From NCBI RefSeq assembly GCF_009834535.1, contig NC_045707.1, positions 59,708,001-59,772,000 on the forward strand: 64,000 bases of DNA, written 5' to 3'. The notes under the pieces were generated by a model, which saw nothing but the letters and a program-made list of their open reading frames with translations, had not been told where the DNA came from and did not search any database. This DNA is from Camelus ferus (Eukaryota). Made by a program: the position numbers and the translations under genes. Positions 10,283-25,128 of the stretch are shown piece after piece (within the stretch, counting starts at the first letter, position 1; every line of letters starts with the position of its first letter).

Positions 10283-13200
10283 GTACTGGGGGATTCAACA
10301 AGATTGCCTATTATTCATACTACCTGAAGACATGAAAATAAGAAATGTGGAATTAGGAAGTGTGAAGATGAAAACATGAGGTCTAAGGATTATTCTCCTA
10401 CTATCCTGAGTACTTTTTTTCCCAACTGCTTGGTCAGCAACATAAAATTACAAATACATTAGGAGCATCTGTTTATTCCACTGAACAAAAGTAATGATGC
10501 AGGGCCACCACCTGTAGCTGCAATGCCTTTCGCATCTGGATCGTCACTGTGCATGGTCTTCCCAGCTGTATGCAATGACCCTGTCCACAACAGCCCAGAA
10601 ATAAAGTAAGACCAATAACTGGAAAACCATGTTTCTGTATCAGGGACATCTAATCCACTGGATTCAGAAACATAGAAAATACACCATAAAAGATGTAAGC
10701 TTCAAATACATTCTTTAAAAAAAGTCTAAGGGAACACTTCAAAGTTTCTTTTTTCTTTTTATCAGCCTTTCACGAGAATAGTTTTCTTGATGTATTTCCT
10801 TTTACTGATATTCATCCTGACCTCAACATTCGTTTTCTTTGCCAATCAGTTTTCTTACTAAAGTGAGATATCCAAATATACATTCCCTCTGCTTCCATAT
10901 TATCTGAGTCTAAAGAGTTCCTTTTCTTGAAATTTCACAATGGAAGACTGATTTCTGACAATAGAAACTGTTGCCTAACTCTTTCTTACAAATTCTTTGG
11001 TTATTGGTTTTATGAATGACACACGTTACCCTAAAATATCTTCCTCTTTCCTGTTTTAATCACTTGGGTTATGAAAATGGCTGAATAGAAAAGCATAATG
11101 TTGACAAATTACAACAGATTCTGTAAAGATGACTTTTAATTAAAAATTATTTAATTTAAGAAAATTTTTTTATCATTATCAACATAAGATATATACGAGG
11201 AGCTTCTAATCTTTAACAAAGTTGAAAATTTAGGCTGAGGATAAGATGTTTTGTTTCATTTTCTTTATTTTATTCCCTATACCCAAGTCCTCTTGCTAAA
11301 TACTTTCACAAAAACATTTTGTTTTTATTTCCCCCAACACAATGCTTTATAAGCTTTAGGAGGCAGGCAAGGATGAACATAGGAAAAAAAAAAAGGTAAC
11401 CAAGTTTGGTATCTAAAACTTCAGCCTATTTTTTAGTATTCAATAGCTGTATTTTTAATAATTACCAATATTATATAAATTTAGAAGAAATGAGAATAAA
11501 AATTACTGAAAACATGCTATTAAGTAGCTGGTTATTTTCAACTAGATTTTCACTTACTAGAGGAGGAAGTTTGACTCTTAGTAACCTCAGCTTAAAATCC
11601 TTATAATTAGTCAATTCTTGTACTTTCAGGATGAGTAGTATTTTTATACCATAGCTATGTTAATATTCAGTTCAGACGAAAAGGAAAATGAGGGTGAGGT
11701 GAGAGGGAACCACCAAAAATATTTGTAAGGTTCCCACTGGTCTCATAAAAGTTCACAGAAACATCTCTTGGTGCCATAAGTCTTCTCTTTGCCAAGTTCT
11801 ATAACAGCACCAAGAAACTTTGAAATCAATCAGTTCCACTATCACTGACAGGTATCTCCTGAGTTACTGCAAATACCTTCAATGGATTTTTAAGAATATG
11901 GAGAAAATTTGCACAGCCAAAATAAAACAGAATAAAGCACTATTATTTGCTGAAAATCAGATGGGCTAACTAAACTCAACAACTGGCATGATGCATTCTA
12001 CATGTGAACTTGGAATACAGACCTAGGGAAATGAATAATTTGCTAACTTTTAAAATAAGCCTACTTTTCATTACTTAAAGTTGGCTTATAATAAATACAT
12101 TCATTTTCATATTCTTTATCATAAGTAAAACAAAATCTCTCACATATATTTCTGGAATTAAAAGAAAAAAACTTTCTCCTCGCAAATGCAGGCAGGATGA
12201 AATAGGAAGCGTTAAAGATGAAAGGTAGTATGTTGTCTCTTCTCCTCTAAGCACTTTCGGATGGAGACCATCAGATGCTAATTTTTGCAAATCTACTGAT
12301 TTACTACAGACTTTACTAACATAAGCAGTAACTTCTAGATGAGGTCATTGAAAACAAAGTGTGTTAGTGTTCACATACTCTCAGTCTTGGGGACAACACG
12401 GCCAACTTTCCACACTTTCTGACAAAAAACAGGCAAACAAAACAAAACAAGACAAAACACTTTAAACAAATGTAAGTGGAAAGTTTCATAATTCTAATTG
12501 GATGGGATAGATTTTTCTTTCATAAAGCCAATTTTCCTGTTTCTATTAAACACTAAAATTATTCATTAGAATAGGACAGTTTTGAAAGCCATGTCTGAAA
12601 GCATGTGCATTCTAGAGGTTTTATTTCTGTAATTTTTTCAGCAATAATGGCCTATTTGCATTTTATACTGTACATATCCCAGATTCTCATGAAACAAGAT
12701 ATTTGGAATTTCTCTAAGAATAGCATTAGGAAAAATCAATTGAATTCAATTGTATGGCTTATGCTAATTTAGATGTAACTCCCATGTTCTTTGAAGTAGT
12801 TTTTGTTTATATTCATCAGTAAGAAATCCTTACATCTCCCCTTCCCTAAACACAAGAAACCTAGTTTCTAGGCATATTTATTTCACCACACCTGACCCTC
12901 TAATTTATCTGCATATTGTATCTTATCTAAGCAAGTGCTATCTCAGTAGCCCAAAGCTATTAAGTGAAAAGATCAGGTTCTAGAAATGTAGGCTTCTTCC
13001 TTCATGGTGTTGAAAAACTATATAAAAATACTGCCTGATTGCTGAAAGATGCTTAGAAACACACTTACCCAGCTGAATTTACCTTTGAGAGTTAAAAGGA
13101 TATAAATGAGAGACCAGTGGGGATTTCAACCCCCTCACCAGCTTGCATCCCTCAGCTGTTTTAAGATCTATCTCACAAAACAAGCATATGGAGACCATAA

Positions 13201-16200
13201 CCTCACCAGTGTACCTAAACAAGAAAAATAATGACCATAACATGCCACAAAAACTATAATAAAGGTGAAATGGCCATCTAATTGCACATCTGGCAATGGG
13301 AAGAGCGGAAAAGGAGGGAATGCTCAGAAGAGGTTAACATTTGCCTCTGCACCAAAAAAAAGTAGAGTGTGGTCTTAAAGAATCACTGGAAGAATTTGCA
13401 AAGCACTTTAATCAACAAGCAATGCCATGAAGGAAACGATGCTAAAGGAAGAAAAAAAGAAAAAGAAAAAAGAAAACAGAAAAGATTTTTTTTAAAATTT
13501 AAACTAACAGAGCAGCTTTTCCTCTTGAGCTTTTCTCCAGAGGATTTGACTGAAACAAAGCATCACTGGCAGAAAAGCAGGATTTATTATTCCTTTACAG
13601 AATATTCAGTAAAATTGTAAAATTACTAGTGAATTTTAAAGAGGGTACAGAAATTCCAGGCAATCTTAAAATAGTGAGCCCCACTTAGATAAACTGTAGT
13701 TTGGTTGCACACTTTCTCTCTCCCATTTACATTTTATTGGGATATTTTCTTCCTCAGCATCTAAGCCCCTACAAGCATCCTTCCAAAAACTCATCACCAA
13801 AGTGTATGTAGTAAATTGGGACTAAGGGTCAATAAATAGCCACTAAGAAGATGGAAAAAGTATAAGAAGTTGGAAAAGAGACTTTCTACTTTGTCAGAAA
13901 TCAACAGGAGCAACCAGTTTGATAGCAGCATGTAAACACCAGCTGTGCAAAGTCGCAAAATTCAGTTTGTCAATCAGCAAGAATTTATACACCTGTTAAC
14001 GTATAGACGGTACTTTACTATTCTCTCTGTAATTATAGCTTTATATGTTCAAAGAAAAACAGTGAAAGATGTTTAGAATTGAACCGAAACATAAAGACCT
14101 AAATCCACATTATTTATCTCAAATAACTTTTAACATGGTTGCCTACTGATATAAAATTTTTTTCTCCAATTCTGCCATAGGGAAGGAAGAGAGAAATGGC
14201 AAATAATAAAATTAAGTCAACATAAACCTGAATGGAACAAGATATTGTGTTTGTGAGTAAAATTCAAAGCCTACTGTGCACAAAGGGATAGTGGGTCCAC
14301 AGTGGGACACCATTCTAGAGGCGAGCAGGTAATGGTGCTTCCAGAGTCTACCTGGTGGCTTCACCTTCCATCTGTCTAGCCATTTGTGCTTGCATTGGAT
14401 AAAGAACTTCTAGATAGTACTGAATGATAAACTCATAGGAAAGGGAGCAAAGGAAAAGAAATACCATTATCTTGGAGCCAATCTGAAAATACTGACCCAG
14501 TACCAGTTCTACCCAGAGAGCAAAAACAGTGGTTTTCCATCGTATTCATTTCAGAAGACTGACAAGTTCCTTCTCTTTGTAAAATGCACCCTTTTCTCTG
14601 AGCTAAAACACCTATTTGCATATTGATCATATTAGAGGGTGGTCAACAAGTCTGAAAATACAGATGAATAAATTAGATGATATATGGAAGTTACAGTACA
14701 AAACATCATAAAGTAACATTCTAGTTTTCCAGACTTTTTGATTCTCGTATTTTTAATAGCCTTCATTCTTAACCCCTTCCAATGAATACCATGATCATTT
14801 CCCCCTTAACACAACTTGTAATTATCCACAAATCTCTATAAATTCATTCTTATTTATTCTCTCAATAAGTTGTTTCCTGCCTTTGAAATTCTACCTTATA
14901 TTTCCTCAATATTACTGCTCTTATTCCCTGTCCTCTAAAATCATTCGATATTATAAGGCTAACTTCACACATAATATATTTCAATTCCTCACCTTCCCTG
15001 GTGGATACTATATATTAAGATGTTCTAAAAGACCATAAAATATCAATAGAAAATTATCCAGTTTTCCTTAGACATCACATTATTATTTTATTGGAATATC
15101 TAAAAATTGCTAAGTCCCACACCCAAGTTCTAGTTTTGATAGATCATACTTGGCAATCCAAAAATTACAGTGTACAGTCGAGGAAGGATGTGGAGATGAG
15201 ATATAGGGGAAAAAAGATTTGATAAATTATGACATCTCAGGAAGCCATAACCACACTTTATATTAGAACTAAGATGTTCTAATATAAAGTGATAATTATA
15301 TGAGACTATGATGTAATTTTGAAAGCTGCGACTTACTGGAGATGATATACATAATAATTTAAGAAGCCATCCATGGGGGTGTATATCAGGATTTTTTTAA
15401 TGCATTATATTTAACCTGTCTTCTCATAGTAGAGACCCTTAGCCTACCCAAATATTTAAAATGAAAGGTCAATATTTACTATGTACTCCTGAAAATACAC
15501 ATGCTGTAATTCTAGTAATGAGAAAATAGTAGCATAATAACATAGCAGCATCTTCACAGAACAAGATATTCAAGTTTCACCGCTTGGATTTTTAAAGTAA
15601 TTGCATCCCTGCCCACTCTAGTATCCTCCCGATCAAGGCAGATCCTCATTTGCCTCAATATATACAATATAAGTAACTGTTATGCCCTAAATAAAAAACT
15701 GCACTGAACTAAACAGTAACTTATGACTAAGATGACTGTCTGTAAATTGCTTTTTCCATTATTTATTTATTCAGCCTAAAATTTTACTTTGAAATAACAA
15801 AGAACATCTGACCGGTAGTGAAGAGGGCCAGAACTAAAATTCAAGAAATGTGTGTCCCCACTTCCACCATCTGCACTCACCATCTTGTCAATTCCACTGC
15901 CATACTCTGATGTTCATGTCAGTTCCCACCCCTGACAGGTTTCAAGGATCACCTCCATCAATAGTGCCAACTTAAATGATAGCAAAGTCAGTACATCTTG
16001 CTGCACACGTCTCAACTCTTTGGAAAAATTAAAAAATAAAAAATATAAAACTCTTCCCTTCTCCAAAATGGGGATTCACACTTAAGAAGATCTTGAAGTT
16101 TCCAACTTCACTGAGTAACAGCACCAGCAGCAGCAGCACTCTAACCAACGTTTTCAGACCATGAACAAGCTTAAAAACAGCCTTAACTTGTGTTAAATCT

Positions 16201-16818
16201 TCCACACCTAGTAGTTTACTGTGTTGATGTTGGTTTTTAATTGTAGGCAAGTTCCATTAATGGGCAGTTCCAGTCTAATTAAGGAGGAAAGCAGGCCTGT
16301 GCTGTTGAGGACTCACGCCCTCAGTTCACAAATGGCTTCTCTCTAATTCTTTAATCCTTTCCCCAGATCCAGTGTTTTCCCTCTTTCTCCAACTGCCTCT
16401 GCTTACCACACATCAGTTGTTTTCATTGGCTCTCATCTACTCCTTCCCTTTGAATTCAACCTTCTCTCCCTGTTGTTGTTTTCCTGGTGTAACATTTCAA
16501 ATAAAGATCTCCACTGCTTTGGTGTTGCTTTATTTATTTCTCTTACAATTTGCATGGTATAGAGTTTGGTGGAAGTAGAGTTCAGTGCCAGGCCATGGCA
16601 GAGAAAGCAGAATGTCTGATTTGGAGACCATATCTTCCCAGATGATTTCTGAGAAGTTTATCAGAGGGCAGGAAACATTAGGAGATGTTGGGGTGTTCTC
16701 CCAAAGTCAGCTTTCCCTCGACCTATGAAGAGTGATGAGTCTCCTTGGGCATTGATACATTACTTCCTCCAGGATATTGGACTTGTGAGTGTCCACCAAC
16801 CTCTGGCATGATATTAGG

Positions 16819-16999
16819 TCAGCGGTCGTTTAATGGGAGTGGGCTACTGAACCACCTGGAGGGCTTGCTAAACCCAGATGGCTGGGCCCTACCCCCAGAG
16901 ACACTGAAATGATAAATCTGGGGTGGGGCCTGAGGATTTGCTTTTCCAATGCGTTCCTAAATGCTGCTGATCTGGACATCTTGGTCTGTGGACCACTGT
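16819..16999. mobile_element. MER5A hAT-Charlie MITE
   Basis: cagcggtc...cacctggagggcttgctaaacccaga...ctggggtggggcctgaggatttgc...ggaccactg. Confidence 0.8.
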
Positions 17000-18764
17000 C
17001 TTGCAGCATGCAATAAACAGAAGAGCAAGAAAGAGGATTTACTTTTGAGAATAACTTGAATGTATTTACACTAGATGCTAGGAAAAAGAAAAAAAAAAGG
17101 CTGGAGAAACGAAGACATTGAAGTTTTAGAATTTTCCACTCTTCACTGAAATATTCTGGATTAATGCCAGGCTCTAATTTTTTGAGTGCTTGCTATTAGT
17201 CATGTGAACCAATCTGGTACCAGCCCTGTGGTTGCTGAACAGTCCTATTCTTCATAATTCCTTATGAACCATCTCTTAGATACACATTTATTTTCCCGAA
17301 GCCCTTTTCATTTTGATGGGTTTGTCTTTCTCCCAGGCTATTTTCTGTAGGATCGCTTTAGAATTTTGGATAGCCTCTCCATGTATGAATATAAGCATTG
17401 GAAGGTGAATGCAAAGGAGATGCAAATAGAAAAAAAAAAAAAAAACCAAAAAACTACATTAATCAGGTCTGGTAATCTGAGTGGCAGGAACTGATGGGCA
17501 CTTTCTTCAGGGCCTCCTAAGATCAATTCCAGACTCATTACTTTGCTCAAGGATCATATTCCTGGGGTGGGCGGGGATTGATTTACGAAACTTGAGTCAC
17601 ATCCCTACCACTTGGCCAAGAAAAGTAGAGTACCTTGATATATTGTCTGATGAAGACAGTATCCAATTGCAATGGCTGGTTCCCCAAAGTAAAACGAGTG
17701 TGCTGTCAGGAAAAGAATGACTAATGAATGTCGGGTATATGAACAAAAGGAGTCCACTGCAGACTGGGTTGTTGCTTGGATTTAAACTCTGCCCAGGCAC
17801 TAATAGCTGACAGAATCCCAGTGCTCATAAGAGTTCAGTGACTTTTTACTTAGGAAGAATGTCTATGTCAATCCCTGAGCTTTGTTCAATGATCAAATGT
17901 GATTTTTATTTCATTAAAAAAAAAAAAACTATAACTCAATAAAAAATGCTAAAAAAAAAGATTCCTCAATATTTCATTGGGACTAAATCTCTGATCTCTG
18001 AAATGATCATGGAAGTCTGGGTGGGATTAAAAAAAATCATTTATTAAGCAGCATTTCATTATTTAAGTTACTTATCTTTGTTTAACTGATTGGTTGAATT
18101 TCCATCAGAGTAGGATATCCAGGTTCTCTCCAGTCCAAGAAGAGTACAACATAAGTTAAAGGAATAGAACTAAAGTGTTTGTTACAATTAAGCCATCTGA
18201 ATGGTATGGAGTTTAGCAACAGGATATGGGGCTGTTACTTCAGGCTAGGGCAGTACAAGAAAACAAAGGAAAATACATGTCTCACTGTATGTGTTGAATA
18301 AAGAAATCCTAGGAGAGTGGAATAAACTTTTCTATGCTTATGTTTACCAATTTGCAGAATATTATGAAGAAATGTCAAGGTTGAGGGTAAAGAAAATGTG
18401 ATGATTGAATCAGGGCTCAGAATTAATCAGCATCTCCAAAGTCAAGAATCACCTTAAAAGGTTATTAATTTGAGTAATAAGAAGATAAAAGGCTTAAGGG
18501 TTGAAACAAAGCAAGAAGTAAACTTCTATTTCAAATTAATACAGTGGAAAATAATTTTAATATGATATGTTTGTGAATAAAACAATCATAAAAAGTTTTG
18601 GAAAACAATGGAAGTTTTCCATTAATGCAAAAATTAATGAATTGAATACAGTCATAATATTAAAAAATGATCTCTTTGGGGATATCAAATAAATACCTGG
18701 TCATAATTTGCCCCCAAATCAGCAAAATGTCACAAAAACATGTTCCAGAAATTTTACTCCCTAA

Positions 18765-20400
18765 AGATTTAAAAACAAATAATTCTAAAATTTGTACAGA
18801 AACACAAAAGACTCCAAATAGCCAAAGCAATCTTGAGAAAGAAGGATAAAACTGGAGGTATCATGCTCAATTTCAAATTAGACTACAAAGTAATAGTAAT
18901 CTAAACAGCATGGTACTGGAACATAAACAGGCACATAGGTCAATAGAACAGTATAGAGAGACTAGAAATAAACCCACATGCCCACAGGCAATTAATCTAT
19001 GACAAAAGAGGTAAGAATATACAATGAGGAAGAAAGACAGTCTCTTCAATAAATGGTGTTGGGAAAACCGGACAACTACATGCAACAGAATTTAGCTAGA
19101 CCTTACACCATATGAAAAAATTAACTCAAAATGGCATAAAGACAAATGTAAGATCTGAAACCATAAGACTCCTAGAAGAAAATATAAGCAGTAGGCTCTT
19201 TGACATCCATTTTAGCAGCATTTTTTGGATCTGTCTCCTCAGGCAAGGACATGAAAAGAAAAAATTAACAAATGGGAAGACATCAAACTGAAAAGCATTT
19301 GCAACAGGAAAGGAAACCATCAATAAAATGAAACAGCAACCTGCTGAAAAAGAGAAGATATTTGCAATATAAGAATAAGAGATGATATGTCTGATAAAGG
19401 ATTAATATCCAAAATATACAAAGAACTCAATATCAGAAAAATAATCCAATTCAAAATGGGTAAAGGACCTAAATAGACATTTTCCAAAGAAGACATACAA
19501 ATGGCTAACAGGCACATGAAAAGATGCAAAACATCACTAATCATCAAGGAAATTCAAATCAAACCTACAGTGAGATAACATCTCACACCTGTCAGAATGG
19601 TGATTATCAAAAATTCTATGTATAACAAGTGTTGGTGAGGATGTGGAAAGAAGGGCATTCTTGTGCACTGTTGGTGGGAATATAAATTGGTACAACCACT
19701 GTGGAAAACAGTATGGATATTCCTAAAAAAACCAAAAAACCAAAAAAACAGAACCACTATATGACCCAGCAATTCCTCTTCTGGGTATTTATCTGAAGAA
19801 AACAGGAACACTAATTAGAAAAGATATATGCACTCCTATTTTCATTGCAGCACTATGTACAAAAGCCAAGATATGGAAGCACCTAAGTGTCCATCAACAG
19901 GTGAATGGATAAAGAAGATGTAGTGTACAATGAAATATTATTAAGACATGAAAAAGAATGAAATATGGCTATTCGTAACAACATGGATGGACCTGGAGTG
20001 TATTGTTCTAAGTGAAATAAGTCAGGCAGAGAAAGACAAATACTGTATGATTTCATTCATATGTGGAATCTAGTAAACAAAACTAATGAGCAAAGATAAC
20101 AAAACAGAAACAGAGTCATAGATTCAGAGAAGAAACGTGTAGTTGCCAGCAGGGAGACGGCGGGGAGGAAGAGAATAATAGTTGAGGGAGATTAAGAGGT
20201 ATAAATCTCCAGGAGATGTAATGTACAGCAAAGGGAATATAGTCAATAACATTATAGAAATTTTGTATGGTGACAGATGGTAAGAAAACTTAGGGTGATC
20301 ATTTTGTAATGAATGAAAATACTGAAGCACTATGTTGTCCTCCTGAAATTAAAAGTCAATTATACTTCAATAAATATAAAACAAATAAAACGAAATAATA
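18765..20400 (+). mobile_element. 5'-truncated LINE-1 (ORF2 C-terminal part, 3'UTR, A-rich tail)
   Basis: Degenerate ORF2 sequence (agcatggtactgg, aaatggtgttgggaaaac, acatggatggacctggag), ends aattatacttcaataaa. Confidence 0.93.
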
Positions 20401-20442
20401 TTCAAAGCATTAAAAAAAACAACCAAATACTAAAAAATTAGA

Positions 20443-20897
20443 TGTGCATTCATGTTCACAGCAGCACTATTCACAATGGGCAAAGGGTGGAAACAGACCA
20501 AAGGCCCATCAGTGGATGAATGGATAAACAAATTGTGCTTTATACACACAACGAAAGATACAGCAGCCTTAAACAGGAATGCAGTACAGATACATGCTAC
20601 AATGTGAATGAACCTTGAAAACTAGGTGCTAAGTGAAAGAAGCCAGATACAAAGATTATAGATCACATAACTCCAATTTCTATGAACTATCCAGAATAGG
20701 TAAATGCATAGAGACAGAATGCAAACTAGTGTTGCCAGGGGCTAAGGGATGAAATGAGGAGCAGCTGCTTAACAAGCAGAGGGTTTCCTTTGGAGGTGAT
20801 GAAAGTTTTGGGGAACTAGACTGAGTTGGTGGTTGCACAATATTGTGAATGTACTAAACGCCACTGAATTGTTTCCTACAATACCGTTAATTTTATA
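20443..20897 (+). mobile_element. L1MB-like LINE-1 3' fragment
   Basis: atgttcacagcagcactattcacaat...ggtggttgcacaatattgtgaatgtactaaacgccactgaattg. Confidence 0.85.
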
Positions 20898-21059
20898 GCA
20901 CTCCCAGTGAATGCCTCTCTTCCTTCATCCCACCAGTCCATGTCCTGCTCTTCTTTTAGAGTCAATTCAAATGTCATTTACTTTGTAAGACGTTCCTTGT
21001 TAATTCCAATCCCAAGTTAACTTTCACATTCTTTGAGTGTTTATGCTGTATTTTATATT

Positions 21060-21130
21060 TAGTCATTCGGTCAACAATTATTTACTAAGCACCCACTATG
21101 TGTAGGGCACTGTGTTACAGGCTAGAGAAG
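21060..21130 (-). mobile_element. L2 3' end remnant
   Basis: cattcggtcaacaatatttactaagcacccactatgtgtagggcactgtg. Confidence 0.65.
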
Positions 21131-24100
21131 CTCCTTATCAAAACAAATGGCAAGAATCATACAATTATATAATTCAATCAAAGAAGGCCTTGCATCAAAT
21201 CAATAAAAGTGCTTTGATAAAAAGAAACATTCCTTGAGAACATACAAGGAAATAATTTGACTGAGACCTGGGGAGGATGGCCATCAGGATAGCATTCTCT
21301 TAATACATGTTTTATCATACACCCTCTTAATTATTAATGATTATAATTAGTTTTTCCGATTATATTATAAAGTAATGGAGCCATGAGTTTTTAAACACTA
21401 GAAAAGAAGGCCAGATACCATGCAAATTAACCTGCTCTTAAGTGATACTGAAAGAATGGAAGAATGGCTGAATGATGGTGAAGAGTTGGGTGGAGAAAAG
21501 TTTGCACTACTACCTAATAACTAATAACTGCAAGACTAGTTAACACTTTTATTCTTATGTTTTAAAAATTTAAGAATGTTTACATGCCATTTTTGATAGA
21601 AAGCTTTTTAATTAAAAAGGTTAAATTTTTCCCTTTAATAGATCTAACTGCCTTGGATATTTATTATTGGTAGTCCTACCAGGGAAATCTGACATAAAGC
21701 TGTTTTATTTTTATCATTACATGTTTGAAAATAAGCAAGTACTTTTAATTTAAATAAGAAAACTTAATAAAGTTGATTTAACATAAAACTTTGTGAGTGG
21801 CAATTTAAAAAACTTATTTGAGTACTGGCTGACCTTTATTCATAATGGCTTGGCAGAAATATTTGTTAATGAGCAAAAAGAATTAAAACATTTTGCAAAA
21901 ATGTATTTGCTGACATAATACCTGAAATGCCTTGCTTCTATTTTAATTAATTACCCCCAAAGTACTTAATCCTGGAAAGAAAACCCTGTTTAGCCTTACC
22001 AGACTGTAAGATTACCCTAAATTTTAAAGTATTTTCTGATTCTAAAACAGTTATCAGTTTATAAATGGAATCACGCAGTATCTCTTTAAACCAATCAATT
22101 ATTCATTAAGTAATAAAAGGTTACTGATTGATATAAAAACATACGTTGGATCTTATACAAAAAATGTGTAAAATGACCAAAAAGTTCAGAAAACTGCCCA
22201 ACAGAATTTGAAATAAAATTGAAAAAGAAGGCAAAACCTGGATCAATCCTGAGCAGAAAGTTCAAATACCCAGGCATTTGAGAATCTGGTTTTAATAGAT
22301 ACTTGATTTAGTATTTTTACAACAGTAAAGGTGACAAGCCAATAAAAATATTTGGCAATCCAATTTTTGCTGTACTGGAGCAACCAGGAACTCAACCAAA
22401 GGCAGATCTGATACACACACCAAGTACATATCTGCCAAACATTAAAGCCAAAATGATTTGTAATTCACCGTGGAAAAAGCCATACAACCGTGGTTTTGCT
22501 ATGAAATGGAAATTAGCAATTTAAACCAATTTCAAGGACAGAGTTCAAATATAAAGAATAAACAACTCACATCAGCAAAGTATTTTTTATTCCAAATTTT
22601 TTTTGCATAACTAAAAAAACGCAAAAGAGAGTAACTTATTCCTCAGTTCACTGGCTAAAATGTAAATAATACAGCAAGGAAGAAAGCTAGATGATGTGGC
22701 ATTGTTATTAAAATATCACCAAACATAAGATGCCATATAATAAATGTTCCCTTTAAAATTATCTGAAGGAGTATTCAAAGTACTAGGTACACAAAAAGGA
22801 TGTAATTTTTAATGTTTAATGTTGTTTTGGGCTTCATTAATGTAGTTTACATGAAACTCATTCACATTACTCTAGTTTCCATTTATAGAAAACAATTATT
22901 TGAATCTGTCAGAAAAAGTTCTGTTTTCCTTTTGAATACCTGGCGATAATAGCAAATCCGTTTTCCCTTTCTCCATCTTTCCTTCCTAAAATCAGAGATA
23001 AGCTTGATTGAGCTGTAAATGTAAACCACACAGCTGTATCTAAGGTGAAACTCATGACACACCTAACTTCTCAAATCTCTTAGGTTTGGTTTTCTACAGT
23101 CCATTATTAGGGGAGACTCATTGTATTTTCTATAGAAAGTTGTTAGTGTATTTTTAGCTGGTTTCTGTCCACTAACCCCTGAACATCAAGGCTAACTTGG
23201 GGAAGGATATAGCAGAAAAAGGTGCTATTCATAAAATATACACCAAGCATCAAAATATATACCAAAGCAAGAATCATCTGGGCAAAAGTCATCTCTCATA
23301 TTCTTATATTTATGCAAACACTTTAAGGCTAAAGCCATCTTTTAAGAGATGGATTCTTTTAAACAGTGATTTAGTTCACTTTTATATTTATATATACCGT
23401 TCAAGGATGTTCAACAAGGGGCCCCTGAGAGACTAAATGACCATTCATGCATGTATCAAATATTTAGTCAGCAGCAACTGTGAGCAAAAGTGCTATAAAG
23501 GGTAGAGTGATGCAAGACACGGTGTGTCTCAGTTGTTTACTAACTGAAAGGGAAGCTAAGATAAGAACCTTTTCACTTAGAAATCATGAAAAAGTGAAGA
23601 TGAACATCTCTGATGTGCTCAGGGAGTTTTACCCCCCAGGGGCCAAGGAATGAACAAGTTAGGACATCAGGGGAAGCTCTTAGTTCTTCTAGGCAATGAA
23701 CTGAAGTCTTCAGGAGCAAGTCACACTAGGCCTGTCAGGTTGTTGTATTAGTAACATTGAAACTCAAGAGAGAAAAATTTAAGTTTTATATAGAGTTGTC
23801 CAAATTGGATGGAGCACACTATTTTTTTTTTTACAGTCTTAGTGAAATAAAGTATCTCAAGTTCTATTTTTATTCATCAAAGAAAGAAAATGAAAAAAAA
23901 ACATATTAATGCATTCTAATGCTCTGAGAATCAGTACTGCATGTATACAGTGTCAAAATAAAAATTTTGAAATCATGGGAAAAACAAATATCCCCCTCTC
24001 CGTTTGGATGTATGTTTGTATGAGAGAGATACAAATAAATCAGGAGGATGTGAAGTTTTTAAATAGGATAGGAAATTAAAATTCATAGATAATTAATTTT

Positions 24101-24214
24101 AAAATCTATTAAATGTCTAAAACCACTTCCAGTTAAAGTTCAGTTTTTGTTCACAAAGACAGTATGTTTAATGTATGTTATGTAATGATATAAATTACAT
24201 ATACAGTATTACGT

Positions 24215-24240
24215 ACACACACACACACACACACACACAC
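24215..24240 (+). repeat. (AC)13 microsatellite
   Basis: Direct reading. Confidence 0.97.
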
Positions 24241-24284
24241 TCTCACACAGCACGCTATGTAATTATGAAAGTGGGGGAAGGAAC

Positions 24285-24445
24285 GAACAATTACTGAGTA
24301 ATGTCTATGTGACAGAAACTCGGCCAAGTTGCTGTCATATATTAAGTTCATTGAGTCCTGAGCACCAAACTTTGAGTTAGGGTATCATATCAGTTTTTGG
24401 TTGTGGGAACTAAGACTCTGTAAGGTTAAATATTCTACCAGGGTC
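24285..24445 (-). mobile_element. MIR SINE split by an L1 insertion (resumes at ~25145)
   Basis: MIR core ending ...gaactaagactctgtaaggttaaatattctaccagggtc. Confidence 0.6.
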
Positions 24446-25128
24446 CATTATGGAAAAGAGTATGGAGAGTCCTCAAAAAACTGAAAATATGATCCAGCAA
24501 TCCCACTCCTAGGCATATACCATAGAGAACCTTAATTTAAAAAGATATATGCACCCCAATGTTCATAGCAGCACTATTCACAATAGCCAAGACATGGAAA
24601 CAACCTAAATGTCCAACGACAGATGACTGGATAAAGAAGTTGTGGTATATTTATACAATGGAATACTACTCAGCCATAAAAATAATAAAATGCTATTTGC
24701 CAGCAACATGGATGGACCTAGAGATTGTCATCCTAAGTGAAGTAGGCCAGAAAGAGAAAGAAAAATACCGTGTGATACCACTTATATGTGGAATCTAAAA
24801 AAAGAGACAAACTTATTTACAAAACAAACAGACTCACAGACATAGAAAACAAACTTATGGTTACCAGAGGGAAGGGGGTGGGAAAGGATAAATTGGGAGT
24901 TCAAGATTTGCAGATACTAATATATATAAAATAGATAAATCAGTTCATACTGTATAGCACAGGGAACTATATTCAATATCTTGAAGTAACTTATGGTTAA
25001 AAAGAATATGAAAATGAATATATGTATGTTCCTATATGACTGAAGTATTACGCTGTACACCAGAAATTGACACAACATTTTAAACTGTAAACTAACTATA
25101 CTTCAACAAAAATATATTTTAAAAAAAT
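24446..25128 (+). mobile_element. 5'-truncated lineage-specific LINE-1 (cetartiodactyl/camelid-type)
   Basis: ORF2 C-terminus (MFIAALFTIAKTWKQPKCP...WYIYTMEYYSAIK), 3'UTR, A tail, TSD atattctaccagggtc 24430-24445 / atattgtaccaggatc 25129-25144. Confidence 0.95.

Noticed and set aside
10089..10335. ER/LS-repeat ORFs
   Set aside because: Translation of the GT/GA microsatellite
24559..24798. 79-aa ORF with real protein similarity
   Set aside because: C-terminus of L1 ORF2 in a truncated element, not a host gene
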